Part shown: piece by piece, positions 14,401 through 27,619 of the stretch
Layout of the letters: the number at the start of each line of letters is the position of its first letter
How positions within the stretch are numbered: the stretch's first letter is position 1
DNA from: Neovahlkampfia damariscottae
Lineage: Eukaryota
Reading direction: 5' to 3'
Assembly (NCBI GenBank): GCA_016618085.1
Contig: JABLTG010000012.1
Location: 62,001 to 126,000 of the forward strand
DNA: 64,000 nucleotides
Translations under genes and position numbers: made by a program
The notes under the pieces: model-generated
Databases searched by the model: none
What the model saw: only the letters and a program-made list of their open reading frames with translations
Told to the model about the DNA's origin: nothing

Positions 14401-14507
14401 CCCTTACTAAAACCAATAAAAATTGAGTTAAAACTGACCAATGGAAATTTATTCAAATGACCAATCAAATTATTATTTAAAAATAAATTTTTATTTTTAA
14501 TTTTTTC

Positions 14508-16363
14508 TTATTTGCATCTGACTTTATGCATTGCCATTCTATCACTCGGGAATGTTCTACCACATGTTTCACATTTCAAATTTTCAATTTTGTTTTCATT
14601 TGGCTTTTCTATGATTGGTTTATCATCATTTTCATCCCTTTTTCGAATTAATGAGTTACTTTCATCATCTCTTCTTCCAATTAATGAATTTTCTTCTTTT
14701 ATTTTTTCCTCCTCCTTTGGTTTTTTATCACAAATTTTTTCATGTTTTTCTCTTTGAGATTCATTCAATATCAGTTTACAATATGAACAAAATCTGATTC
14801 TTTCCGCACATTTAGATAACTTATGTAGCTTTAAAGACGATTTAGATACCTCTTCACCACATTCACATTTGATTTTACGATGATAGAGATAATCATGATC
14901 TTTTCTTTCATGTGTTAACATTGTTACATTACATTCTTTGCACTTATAAACATTTCTTGAACAATGTATTTCATGCATTTTATATTTATCTTTAGGTATA
15001 ATTAATTCACAATTTGAGCAGAAAATTCCATCTTTGTCATCAAAGACAGTTGATGAATTCCCTAATCTTCTTCCGGAAAATGGTGATTCAGGTTCTGGAG
15101 GTAATTGAACATCTTGAATTTTATCATCAACAGGATCATTTGTAAATTCTTCAGAATCATCAAAATCTATCGCAGGAGCAAAATCAATCACTAAATCAAT
15201 ATACTTATCACGACCTGGATCAATAATAACAGCTTTTGAAGGTTTTAAATCTAAAACTTCAACCCAATGTGTTTTGTCACCTTCTACTAAAGGTAAAAAT
15301 TGACCTTCTGTTAACGTTCTGAAATCTACCAAAAGTTATAGGAATAGGATTTTACTGGTCAACATTGATTCCAATGATTTTTGATGATTTTCAATTTTGT
15401 AGAATTCTTTAGATTGTGGTTGAACTTTGCAATATTTTCCCTATTTGATTTCAACTTTTCATTTTTTTTACCTTTGATAGTTTCACACTTCTCACATCAA
15501 CAGATTCTCCTTCTTTGATGAATAAACTTCTCATCATCCATTTAGGTAAAATAACACAACCTTTAGGTGCGGTAAATTCCATATTTCTATATCCAGAACC
15601 ACCTATAAATGAAATAAGCTCATTATTTGACATACCATAAATTCTTGTTGTTGATCCCTTGATCTCGAATATATAAGGTTTTTCACTTTGATTGATTATA
15701 CTACTTGCAGATTTTGGTAGTATAATATTATCACCGGTTTCAGTATCATTTTTTGAAGCAACTACTCTGTAACTTTGATTGAAATTATTTGTTGTTGAAA
15801 TTTTGTTTCTTTCAAATTCTCTTTGAATCATTCTGTCTTCTTGTTGTAAAGTCTTCATTGTATTATATCCTTTTGAAACTCTCATATCAATGGTAGCATA
15901 GTTATTCACTAATTCATTTTTAATTTCTTTAATAATGGAAGCAACTGTTTTGTCTGATTTTTTCCAACCTTTTTCAGTGATTATATCAAGAGATACAAAT
16001 GTACCTGATGTTGATACATTTCCAGTTAAACTGATAAGTCTTGGTTTGACCATACGAACACTTTTTTATTTTTTAATTTTTTTTTTTTTTTTTACACAGG
16101 TGGCTTTTTTTTAGTTTATGAAGTTTTTTTACTTGTTGATTAAAATTTGAATTAAAATTAAAATTTAAAATGATTGATTCATTTTTTGTATTAAATTTTA
16201 AAGAATGAACGAACAAATCTTTTCCTAGTGTGGTTTTTTTATCAAATTGAAGATGGACTTCCCAATTCCAATCACCAAATGTTTTGATTGTGACTGAATC
16301 AAGTTTTTGACATTCTTTTAATTCCTCACTTAACAACACTCTTGCTTTTTCAATTTCAGACAT
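14508..16363 (-). CDS. UBE2Q-like UBC fold + UFD1 domain + TRAF-type zinc fingers
   Basis: WNWEV..PPVVRMVKPRL..GW (UBC); GDNIILP..MEFTAPKGCVILPKWMM..KVQPQS (UFD1); CSNC..HEIHCSRN..C zinc fingers. Confidence 0.8.
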
Positions 16364-16408
16364 GATTGGTAGAGAAGATGGAAGAAATTGGTTGGTTTAA
16401 AAAAAAGT

Positions 16409-19400
16409 TTAATCAAAATTTAAACTAAATTCTTTTACACTTTCATAATCAAATGCAGAGTGTGTTTTACTGACTCTTGGTTTCATTTCAATACTTTCAG
16501 TTGTTACATTTCCCATATTCTTGTTCAATGATTCAATGACAAATAGTTTATCTTTTTTATTCAAAACAGCATCTGAATTTGGACTCAAATAAACATATTC
16601 GTATTCATTTTCATTTTTTTTTCTTTCTCTGTAAATACCTAATGCAACTACTGATTCATCTAAAAGTTGATCAAAACATTCATCAAAAGTTTTGTTAATA
16701 AATCTTTCTGGAAGAACAATTGACTTAATTGAAGGTTGATCTGAATTAGAAAATAACTCACCTAATCCACAAAAATACTCAATAATCTTTGGTAATGAAG
16801 GATTGAAAAATGATTGACATAAAAGCTTATCCATTAAATTTGCACAAGAAATCAATCTCCCTGAAACAAATAAAGGTGAAAACACATAATTCTCTTCTTT
16901 AGCTGCTCCCCAAGCACTTTTTTTGAAAATTTTTTTTCTATCAGAAAAAAATTCAACACTATTTTGATCAACTAAAAAGTAAAAAAAAAAAAAAATCAAA
17001 AATACCAATTTCCAAGACAAATCGAATTTTTCCAATAGACCGAATCGTCAAATAAGTTTGTACAGTTTGTGAATCTCTCACGATATTTATATCATTTGAA
17101 GCAATGAAAATAAAGACTTTACATTTTTCAATTGAGCATGATTTCAAATTCTCTCTTGAACTTGAGGTACCTTTTACAAAATAAACTTCATCAAAAAATT
17201 TCATTTGTCGATACAGTTGATTATACTCATCAGAATCTTTTTTGAAATCATACAATAAGATGATTGGAACATTCTTTCGTTCTTTAAATCTCAAAGTCAA
17301 ACATAAGTACAATGATCCTGTAATGTCACCCTTTTAAAAAGTATAAAAAGAATCAATATTTCAAACTGAAATGATGATATGATTTTTCAATTGTTTTAAC
17401 TCTGTTTTTTTCATATGGAATGCTTCTTTTTTTCTTGCAAGTGTCAATAATTGAAAATTTTGAACAACTTTTTCATAGAATGTTTCTCTTTCTTCTTCTG
17501 AGCAATTCTTCAAATTTGAATTCAAATAATCAATTGGAGCTACAATTTTAATTAATTCAAAAATTGTTTTTTTCTTAATCCTTTCTTCTGATTCATTGGA
17601 GTCATATTTAACATTTTTTAATTGTGAATTATCTATTTCAATAATATCATCAATTTTTTTACTATGACGAAAACTCTCTGATTGGTCAATGATATATTCA
17701 TCATCATGATCAATTAGAACTTCAGAATCATATGGATCATTTTTGAATAATGATACTGCTCTTGAATGATACTCACTCAATGCAAAAACCAATGCAAAAT
17801 CACCTGATGAAATTTTGAATCCCTTTCCAGGATTTATTTCAATTTTAGATCCTTTTGTTTCAATACCAAATACGTAAATGTCAAATTTTGATTTACATTC
17901 TCTTGCGAACTCAATAAAATCATAGTTATTGTAATATGAAGATATTGATGTTTTATAGATACCAGTCATTGCTCCATGATCTTATTTTATTAGTCTAGAA
18001 AAAAACTTACAGTATTCTGATTTCCAAGGAGTTTTTTCTTTTTTGATAATATCTTCTTTAAATGAATGTGATGAAATAAGAGTTCCAATTAATGAGGCCA
18101 AACCGGGTGATACCAATGATTGTCCAAGTATTTTCTATTATTTTTAGAAGTTTTGTTTTACGTATCTGAAATCATCAAGACAAATAACCACATTAACACC
18201 AATTTGAAGAAGAAATTCTTTGTATTTTAGGTTAAGAGTTTGTGCATAAATTGGAAGAACATTTCTATAATTCTTGATAGTCTTGGCCATTAAAAGAACT
18301 GAGCTATCTTCTTTTGAAGATTCTTCATCTTTTGTTGATGATAACAAAAAAACAGCAACAGCATGATCTGTATTCAACATTTCTAATTGTTCAAATTTCT
18401 TGAATAAAGTTAAAAAAAAAACAAATAGTCTGACTGTCAAATCACCAAAATGGACAATGATATTTTTTTCATAAGCTGACGAATAAAATTGTCTTTCAAG
18501 TTTTTTTACCAATTCCATATTATTGAATACTAAAATCATTTTTTCAATTTTGGATGTTTCATGATCATGTTGCTAAAAATATTAATTTTTTCAAATTTTA
18601 CTTCATGATAGAATTCTTCAATAAAAAGTACAATATCTTCATACGGAGAGTATCCACCTACAATAATATGTTTCTTGAGATTCAAATGAACATATTGATG
18701 ATAAAATTCTGATGAAAATTATTAGAGAAATTGAACATACTTCTTCCTGAAATAACCAATTGAATTAATTTTGTTGCTTGATAAGGAATTAAAATGATTC
18801 CCAGAATAACAAATAACACTACAAAAAATTTTCCAGGTGTGGTTTTAGGGGTATAATCACCATAACCAATGGACAATAAAGTCTTGAAAAAATTAGAATT
18901 TTTTAAATCATACAATACACATCCAATAAACAGCATCATGAAAATAAATGATTTGATCTGGATTCAATGCATTCTCTATTGCTTGAAGAATCGCTGAGAA
19001 TAGTAAAATTAATGTAATAATTGTTAGAATCAAAGTAGCAGCTTTTTTGATTGTTGCTATCATAAAACATAAGAATTGAATTGAAATTTACATTTCACAG
19101 AAGACCATAATGAAATTCTATTGATATCATAAAATAAAACGAATAAACGAAATAATCTCATGATTCTGATCAATTGAAGCCATGAATAACTTGCCAAATC
19201 AAAACCTGCTAAAGTACCAATTGAAATACCCAGAGTTGGTATAATTGAGATATAATCAAGAACTGAATTAAAACTAATAACATACCAACATCTTCAAAAA
19301 ATGAGAAAAATTTTTTAAATACTTGTTTCGAGATAAAAACCAATCAACTATCCAATGAAATAAAAAACAAGAACACAGACAAAGATCTAAAACATCATAA

Positions 19401-19710
19401 GCGATAGTGTTCTTATTATGATTTAAAACTTGATAGTTTTGAATGACAAACATGATTGTGAAAGCTATTGATAACTTTTCATTTTTTAATTTCAAATTTT
19501 GTTTACCAGTGTTTGTAATATTTCGTTCCACACTTTAATGTATGAATAAAAATTAAATTTTTTTTCTTCGATATTGACTTCTGTTGATTTTTTTATGTAA
19601 TCCGGTAGATTCTTCTCATTTAAAACTTTCCTTCTTTGAAATAAATTTGAAAATTTAGTTTTTTTTTGTTTTTTTTCTGAAGACAAAAGAGTTTCTTTCT
19701 CGTAGAGCAT
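16409..19710 (-). CDS. BK/Slo-type calcium-activated potassium channel
   Basis: S4-like LIRIMRLFRLF, pore SIGYGDYTPKT, RCK domains (KHIIVGG; FVKG..L; PLFVSG). Confidence 0.9.
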
Positions 19711-19932
19711 CTTTGAACACAAAATGTGAAATGGAAGAAAACTACGGACCAATAAAAAACAATGAGAAAAAAGATAGATGAGAATTCCAAAAAAATAGAA
19801 AAATAAATGTAAAATATGTCAAAGTTTATTTTTTGCTCATGTATGTTTTTGATTGGCAACTGAATTTTGTGAAAATGAACCATAAATAGAAGTGATTTCA
19901 ACTCAGTTTTCAACACAACAAAAACAACAAAA

Positions 19933-21237
19933 ATGATGAGAAGAGTTACCAAAAAAAAAAAAACTCACAGCAGAAGAGAATTAGTTCTTAAAAAAGAAAA
20001 ACAACTTAAAAAATTGACAGACCACTATGACTTGTCAAAACCAGTAACTTTAATTCTTATGAAAGTTTTTAAATGGAATGAAAATGAAATGTTGATGAAG
20101 TTATACGAACACAACCCAGTTGAATTCATTACTTCTTTACATATAGAACAAGAGATGAAAACAAAACCAGTATCTCTTTGTTCAATATGTTTTGAAGAAA
20201 AAGAATTACTTGGAATGTCATGCTCACATTTTGCATGTATTGAGTGCTGGGAAAAATTAATGGAAACAAAAATTAATGATGGAGAACGTTTCTATAAATG
20301 TCCATTTTCAAAATGTGAAAAAATAGTTAATCAAGAATCAATCATCAAGTCAATTCAAATTGACAAACAAGTTTTAGAAAAGTACGAAAATCAACAAATC
20401 AATTCAATGATTCAGGATGATCCATCATTCAAGTTCTGTCCTGGGCCAAAATGTCAAAAAATTATTGAAAAAGAGAATGGGAACTCTGATCAATGTGATG
20501 ATTGTGGAACATATTTTTGTAACATTTGTTTAGAAGAAGCTCATGATAGTATTACCTGTGAAGAAATGAAATATATAAAAAATCATTATAAAATAGAAAG
20601 AACAAAATTGAGAACAAGGATCAAAAAATGCCCAAAATGTGGGGAAGGAATTGAAAAAAATGGAGGATGTGACCATATGACTTGTAAATGCTCTCATTCA
20701 TTTTCATGGAAAAATGAAACTTTCAATGAAGAATTGAAACCCACTGGTTTAGATTTTGAACTGCAAACTCAGATACAAATTCAAAAAGATGAAAAGGAAC
20801 TCTTGGAAGTTTTCAGTGAAATTATTCAAAATCAATCCATTGTCAACATATTACTCAAAGCGAGGATTGTTTTAAAATGGAGTTATTGTTCAACAAAACA
20901 AAAAGTGAAAACTTTCATTTACAACAGAAAAGAATTGACAGAAAAAATGAATGAATGTTTCAAACTTTTGGATGATCATTCCAAAATTGATAAGATTAAG
21001 AAAGAAACATTTGTCATTGAGAAATTAATTGAAAACTGTCTTGAAGATATGCAAATGGATGGCGACAAAGGCACTTTTGTTTATGATAAAATCGCATACA
21101 GTGCATTATTAAACTTCTCTGAAGAACATATCAATGATGTTCTGGATGAAAAAATCATTAAATTCAGTTTAGAAGCATCAAACAATGATATTCAAAAAGC
21201 ACAAAATATCATTTTAGACTGGTCATCTCAAGTTTAA
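19933..21237 (+). CDS. RBR (Ariadne-like) E3 ubiquitin ligase with possible C-terminal UBA
   Basis: RING1 CSIC..CSHFACIECW; IBR FCPGPKC; Rcat KKCPKC..IEKNGGCDHMTC. Confidence 0.9.
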   Translation: MMRRVTKKKKTHSRRELVLKKEKQLKKLTDHYDLSKPVTLILMKVFKWNENEMLMKLYEHNPVEFITSLHIEQEMKTKPVSLCSICFEEKELLGMSCSHFACIECWEKLMETKINDGERFYKCPFSKCEKIVNQESIIKSIQIDKQVLEKYENQQINSMIQDDPSFKFCPGPKCQKIIEKENGNSDQCDDCGTYFCNICLEEAHDSITCEEMKYIKNHYKIERTKLRTRIKKCPKCGEGIEKNGGCDHMTCKCSHSFSWKNETFNEELKPTGLDFELQTQIQIQKDEKELLEVFSEIIQNQSIVNILLKARIVLKWSYCSTKQKVKTFIYNRKELTEKMNECFKLLDDHSKIDKIKKETFVIEKLIENCLEDMQMDGDKGTFVYDKIAYSALLNFSEEHINDVLDEKIIKFSLEASNNDIQKAQNIILDWSSQV

Positions 21238-21276
21238 CAATACATTTTCTTTTTTTCATCTTTCGGAAGTAATACT

Positions 21277-22405
21277 TTATTTCTTGAGATCCTCTTCTTT
21301 TTGAAATTTTTCAGGATAAGAAGATGTTAAATTTTCACCAAATTGTTTCAAAGCTTCAACACCTCTAACTTCAGATCCTAAAAGTGGCAATTGTACGATG
21401 TGAAAATCTTGATATAAATCAAAAATTTGGTTTAAATATTTTTGTTGAATTTTAACTCTTGATTTACAAGATTCACAAGTACTTGTTTTAGATTGAAAAA
21501 CGATTTGATTAACAACTACGTTATGACTATCAATTCCATTTTTTGTCAATTCTTGAACTAATCTTTCAGTTTCATAAACCGAAAGAAATTCAGGAATACA
21601 AACACAAACAAATGTGCATAAATTCTATTTAACCAATTAAATTAATTTCCAATCCAATTCTTACTGGATCTTTGAATTGTCTTGATACATCTTCAACCAA
21701 TGATTTAAGACCTGTTGTTTGTTCTTGCATTTTATCAGTATCCATATTTGTAAACATAGATGAAAGTTGACCAACTAATCCACTTTGAAATACTTTTCCA
21801 ATTCCATTATCAAATAAAGAAGGTAAACTTAAAAGTCTTAAGGTATGACCTGTTGGAGCTGTGTCAAAAACTACACATGAAAATTTCATTTGTTTGACTA
21901 ATTTCATAATTTCCATGAAAGAAGTTAATTCATCCATTCCAGGCATTGAACCAGCTAAATCTTTAATTAATCCTTTCATTGATGAATTTTGAGAAACAAA
22001 ATCACCAAACATTTCATCTGTATCAAAATTTGGATCAATTTCCTATTTTTTTTTTGTTGAATTTTTAATTGTTATTTTACCATTGCGAATAAATTTTTAA
22101 AACCTTCAACAAGAGTTGGAGATTTTGAAAATTTTTGAGAAAAAGCATCACTTAAATTGTGAGCTGGATCTGTTGAAATAATCAAAACTGATTCTCTTTT
22201 TGCTGCTAATTGTACAGCGATTGATGAAGAAACGGTTGTTTTTCCTTTTTTAAAAAAAATTAATTTTTTTTTTTTATTTCGAACCAACGCCTCCTTTACC
22301 ACCTACAAATACCCACTGTAATTCTTTGTCTTCAATAACATTTAGTAAATTGGATTCCAAAGGTTCAAATTCGTCGTCGTCAATTAAGTCTTCAAGTGAA
22401 GTCAT
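21277..22405 (-). CDS. GET3: Get3/ArsA ATPase
   Basis: [41 protein letters not shown]. Confidence 0.95.
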
Positions 22406-22441
22406 TTTTATCCAATTAAAAAGTTACACGCATGAAAAAGT

Positions 22442-23089
22442 TTATTGAATTTTTTTCAACAATTTTTTGAAAAATGCAATTTCTTCAGAACTTAAGTTCT
22501 CAAGTTTTTGAAATGAAAAATTGTCCAAATTTGAAATTAAAATACTCAATTCTTTTCTATTGACTTTTTCAAAACATAAAGATAAATCTGTCAAGTATGA
22601 AGGTGATTTTGAATTGGTTATGAATATAGCTTCTTGATATAATTTTATAGCTTCTTCATAATTTTCCATTTCTTGGTGGCATTTACCTTTGAGTGATAAA
22701 ATTGAACTACGGTGGAGTATGGTGGAATTATCAAATAAATCAAGAGCTTCTTTAAATTTTTTACATTTCATATATACTCTACAAGTTGTTTCTTCCAATT
22801 CTTTTGTATATTTTAATTTTGAATTTTCATTTTTTTTTGTGATAAAAATTTCACAAAATTTTAAACTTTTTTCATAATTTTCTTTTAAATAATAATACTC
22901 AATCACTTTTTTTAAAACATGACTATTTTCATCTGTCAATTCTTCGAAGTTTTCTTCTTTCAAAAACCAATTTTCTGTTTGAACATTTAACGGTTCAATT
23001 ACTTGTTCTTTTGAAATAATTCGTTCTGGTGTGTCATCATAAACAGATTCAAAGTTAAGAAAAAAGAGATCTTCGTTTTCTTCTTCCAT
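22442..23089 (-). CDS. TPR-repeat protein
   Basis: KGKCHQEMENYEEAIKLYQEAI fits the TPR consensus. Confidence 0.7.
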   Translation of the reverse strand: MEEENEDLFFLNFESVYDDTPERIISKEQVIEPLNVQTENWFLKEENFEELTDENSHVLKKVIEYYYLKENYEKSLKFCEIFITKKNENSKLKYTKELEETTCRVYMKCKKFKEALDLFDNSTILHRSSILSLKGKCHQEMENYEEAIKLYQEAIFITNSKSPSYLTDLSLCFEKVNRKELSILISNLDNFSFQKLENLSSEEIAFFKKLLKKIQ

Positions 23090-23174
23090 TCAAATACCAA
23101 ATGAAACCAACCAATAAAATGGAGATTTTTCACAATCGATTTGTGCACCTCCGAACAAACAAAAACAGAAAAAA

Positions 23175-23774
23175 ATGAAAAGAATATTAGAAAAGTATGC
23201 ATACTGCATGGAAAAATATCCAAAAACCACTATGTCTTTAACTGCCTCAACCACAGCAGTTTTTGGTAACCTTACTTGAAACATCATTAAAAAAACAAAA
23301 ACAGGCGACGTCGGAGCTCAATATTTTGAAAAACGGAATACAGAAAAAAAATACTCAGCATTAAGGACTTTAAAAATGTCAGCATATGGCACCATTTTTT
23401 CAGGAATAGTCTTGTACAATTGGTATAAATTTCTTGACAAGATTTTCAAACAAAAAAATGTGAAAACAGTATTATTGAAAACATTTGTCAATCAACTAAC
23501 TGTTGCTCCTTATATGAACGCCAGTTTGTTTTTTTATGTCAATTTTTTGGCATATTACGATCAAGGTTTTTCTAAAGTGTTAAAAGAGACTGAAAAAAAA
23601 ATCAAAAAGGATTTATTACCAATTTTTATAAATTCATGTAAAATTTGGCCTGCTGTAAATTTTGTCAATTTTTATTTTGTTCCTCTAAATTATCGAATTT
23701 TATTCATCAATTTCATTGGTGCTTGTTGGTCTATTTATGTGACTTTTATTTCCTATAAGGATATCAAACAATAA
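23175..23774 (+). CDS. Mpv17/PMP22 family membrane protein (one intron)
   Basis: GDVGAQ, WYKFLD, NQLTVAP, IWPAVNFVNFYFVP. Confidence 0.9.
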
Positions 23775-23783
23775 AAAATTTAT

Positions 23784-24566
23784 TTAAAAAAGTGTGTTGT
23801 ATAATAAAGTCATATGAACAAATATAAACAACAACAAATGAACATTAAAATTCCAAAGTAAAAACACGGCCAACATACAACTCAATTCATGAAATAAAAA
23901 ATAACAAATGGTCATAATTATACCGGTAAAATCACCAGGGAAGAACATGTTCCAATATCCAGTGATAAATTCATATTGACGCTCAAAATGATCTTTAAAA
24001 AAGAATTTCAATTTGAATCCCCAAATGTACAATGAATTTTGACTCTTTTTGATTTTTAGATATGGATATATTTCAGTGTATATTATAATTTGAATGAATA
24101 AAATCAAGTTTGTCCAAAAAATTGACGGAAAAATTTGAAATAGATCCATACCTAATTCGGATATTTTTTTCTTCTCTTCTATGTCAGTAATGAACCATCT
24201 TGAACAAAAACAAAAATACAAAGGCATCAAAAATAAAAAAGTATTCAAACTTTCTTGAAAATTTCTAAAATTAAATTTTTTTAAATTCAGTACAATTGCA
24301 ATAGAGAGTTGAATTGAAAATATCCAAATAATAACAAAAAAAATCGGTTTTGAAATGAAGTGATAATAAATAAATATTAAAAAACAGGTGAAATATTGAG
24401 TGTCAATCAGAAAAGTCAATTCTGTTAATTGTAAATTGACTATTTGAAGTGACAAAAAAATTATTAAAATTTTTGGGTATAGACTAATGAACAGTGGTGG
24501 ATTATAAATGATGTAGTAAATTCCTTGGATCAAAAACAAAATTAAAGTATGCACTAAGTACTTCAT
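23784..24566 (-). CDS. Multi-pass membrane protein, divergent GPC1/DUF2838-like
   Basis: FLIDTQYF..LSIAIV..FLFLMPLY..SRW loosely follows the GPC1 pattern FLxDFCY..IHxxP..IRW. Confidence 0.4.
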   Translation of the reverse strand: MKYLVHTLILFLIQGIYYIIYNPPLFISLYPKILIIFLSLQIVNLQLTELTFLIDTQYFTCFLIFIYYHFISKPIFFVIIWIFSIQLSIAIVLNLKKFNFRNFQESLNTFLFLMPLYFCFCSRWFITDIEEKKKISELGMDLFQIFPSIFWTNLILFIQIIIYTEIYPYLKIKKSQNSLYIWGFKLKFFFKDHFERQYEFITGYWNMFFPGDFTGIIMTICYFLFHELSCMLAVFLLWNFNVHLLLFIFVHMTLLYNTLF

Positions 24567-24656
24567 GTTGAGCCTTTGTGAAAAAAAATTGACGAATCAG
24601 AATTCAGAAAATTGTTGTGTAGGCCCGGATTTAAATTTAGTTCTATTGTTGAAAAT

Positions 24657-24842
24657 TTATTGTTTTTTACTGACAAATTTTTGTCTCAATTTTTCTTCTG
24701 TGGTTATATCTTTTCGTAGTTCGCACAAAATTCTTTTTTTTGCTCTTCCTGTTCTTGGTTTTTCTTTTTCTTTTTTTTCTACTTGTGGTGTGTGACGTCT
24801 AACTTTTCCACTTCTTAGTCTTCCTTGGCTGACTTTTCCCAT
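24657..24842 (-). CDS. RPS30: Divergent ribosomal protein eS30-like protein
   Basis: MGKV....RSGKVRRHTPQVEK..TGRAKKR. Confidence 0.8.
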   Translation of the reverse strand: MGKVSQGRLRSGKVRRHTPQVEKKEKEKPRTGRAKKRILCELRKDITTEEKLRQKFVSKKQ

Positions 24843-24888
24843 TGTATAATTTGTCCAATTAAATAAATCTTCAAATTTGAAATTGATC

Positions 24889-26722
24889 TTATCCCAAAGT
24901 CACATCTGAACCAAATGCTTCATTTTTGAATATAAACTCTTTGTACTCCCTTGTAGAAGCATATCTTGAAAATGTATCTGACATATTACTCACAACAACT
25001 CTTTGAATATTCTCAAACAGATTCGAATCAATCTCTCCATCTGCTATACTTTTTGTAACTGGAGATATTTGCAATGAAGAAATATTAACTTCTAATTCAG
25101 ATGAAGTACCATTGAAATATGTAGAAATAATATAATTTGCCTTTTCGATTGTCGAATTTTTCTTGAACTCTTGAATATCATCGTGGCAAAGGATGTTTTC
25201 TTGAGCCCATTCGGTTTCTGAAAATTTCAAAAATTTTTCATGAAATTCAGAATTAGTCAATAATTTTTCAATCAATTTTCCTCTCTTTTTCTTTCTGAAA
25301 CAGGAAACGATCAAATTTTTTAATGATATTGTCATGACGAATCCAACTTGAAACCACCAAATTGAAGCATCTAAAAACATGTAATACACCAATTCAAAGA
25401 ATCTTGGAATTGGAAGAATTAAAGTAGAAAATGTTATGATGACGTACAAGGGAGCGCAAACGAGTAACCCGAAAATGTAAAGTTCAACTCTGAAAAAAAA
25501 TGGATCTTGTTGAGCAAATAACTTCCAAATTCCGCATCTAGAAAAAATTTCTTTGATATTGAGACAAATATCAATGAAACCAATGATAACCAATGTGATG
25601 ATCATGAAGCCAAAAACTCCAAATTGAACGTATGTGTTAATATTTGAGGATGATGTTGTTTCACATGCATTGGTCGTCAATAAAATGACATTTAAAACCA
25701 TAAAGAAAGCAACTGTTAAAATCCATGTGATGAGAATAAATAATGGATGAGTGGAATATTTCAACATTTTGTAAAACAACTTTGTGACCTTTGAACTTTG
25801 TAAACGTTTTTCTGCTTTCAACGATTTTCTTTTGTTTAAATTTGCAATAACAACAAATCGTAAAAATGTCAAAATAACAAGAACAAATGATGAATATCTA
25901 AATGGTAAATTGAATAAATAATTTGAATAACATTTGTAAATGTATTGTTCAATTGAAAAAAAATGAAAAATTGAAGATAGGTCTCTGAAAAAAAAGAACA
26001 GTGATGCATAAACTGGAATCCATGCTCTTGATTTTATCGGTTGAATTCCACATCCTGTTAACATGATACATATAATCATTGGAATAAAATAAATAATACC
26101 CATAACAACAACAGAAGGAATAGAAGCATCTGAAAGTCTTTGAAACATTCTGTTAGTCAACCAATCACTTGAACCATCTTAGATTGACCATTTAGTATTC
26201 TGAATGTTTACCTCTGTTCAAGTCTATTTGAGATTTAAATTTTTGTGAAAACTTGAATGGTTCTTTGTCTAGGAAAGAAGGTTGTTTTCCGTATTGATGA
26301 CTTCCAACAAAAATTGAAACTTTTGTTCCATTGAAATATTGCATTACTCTAGTTTTATTGAATACTAAAGTTGTCCATAAATTTTGTTCACCTTTTGGAA
26401 TTGGATAGTCATTGAAATCATCAAAATGTAAAAAATAAAAAATATCAGATTCTTTTATGCTTTGATATTCAGTAAAATTTCCTTCAAAAGTGGATATTTT
26501 TTGATGTAGATTTACTATTTGATTTGTGAAGAAATAAGTGTTGCTGAAGTTTTCATTTTTCGAAAAAGCTATGCAGTGATACCCTTCATAGCTTTTTGAA
26601 ACAACTTGAATGTTTATTTTGTCACCAATTGTTGTCCACACGATACCTATATTTCCTTGAACTACATAACATGAAACGTTGAAAAACAACAATACGAACA
26701 CCAACGTTGAAAAATTGAGCAT
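24889..26722 (-). CDS. Signal peptide + DOMON-like domain + 7TM + RGS (one intron near 26178-26211)
   Basis: QPIKSRAW, multiple TM segments, DPFFFRVE, FSETEWAQENI..SELEVNI..DTFSRY. Confidence 0.85.
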
Positions 26723-26824
26723 TGTTGATTGGTTGTTGGGAATTAGAAGTTTCTTAAGTGGATATGCAAATTTCCAAATTTGATTTGAGAAAATTGAAAT
26801 AGATTTTCCTTTTTATTTTCTATC

Positions 26825-27619
26825 TCAAGCAATTGTAATATTGTCACTAAAAGCTTCATTTTTAAAGATGAATTCTTTGTATTCTCTTGTAGCAGCGTAC
26901 CTTGAAAAAGTGTTTGACATATTCGATACAACTGGTTCCAAATGCTGAAAAAGCCACCTATCAAAATCACCATCCGAAACACCTTTAACTACAGGAGTTA
27001 TCAAATTCCAAGAAACATTTACTTCCAACTCAGACGAAGCACCATTGAAATATGTCGAAATGATATAACTGGCCTTTTCTTTTGTTGGATTTTTTTTTAA
27101 CTCTTGAATATCATCATAACATTGAATATTTTCTTGAGCCCATTCTGTTTCTGAAAATTTCTTAAAATTTTCATGAAACTCAGAGTTCAATAGCAATTTC
27201 TCGATTAATTTTCCCCTTTTTCTCTTTCTGAAAAATGAATTAATAAAATTTCTTATGGATAAAGTCATGATGAACCCAACTTGAAACCACCAGAGAAATG
27301 CATCTAGGAACATAAAATAAATAAGTTCAACCAATGAATAGTTTAACCTTCATTGATGTCTATAATAGTCGTTATTGATTCAGAAAATGTGAATGGTTGA
27401 TGCTCCAATGAAAAAAGTGGTTTTCCATATTGATGACTTCATTTTGTTCGTTGAGTTTCTATTTTTTGAAAAGGCAACGATATGATATCTTTGATAACTT
27501 TTAGAAACTACTTGTGTGCTGAATTTTTCTCCTTTGGTGATCCACATCAATCCAATATTTCCTTTGACCACATAGCCGCAAGAAAAATGAAACAAAAACA
27601 AAATGAAAAGTTTGGACAT
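26825..27619 (-). pseudogene. Internally deleted tandem paralog of the DOMON-7TM-RGS gene
   Basis: 27380-27619 matches the neighbour's N-terminus (YVVKGNIG..QVVSKSY..AFSKN); 26825-27334 matches its last TM and RGS; the middle is missing and the frame is broken. Confidence 0.75.
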
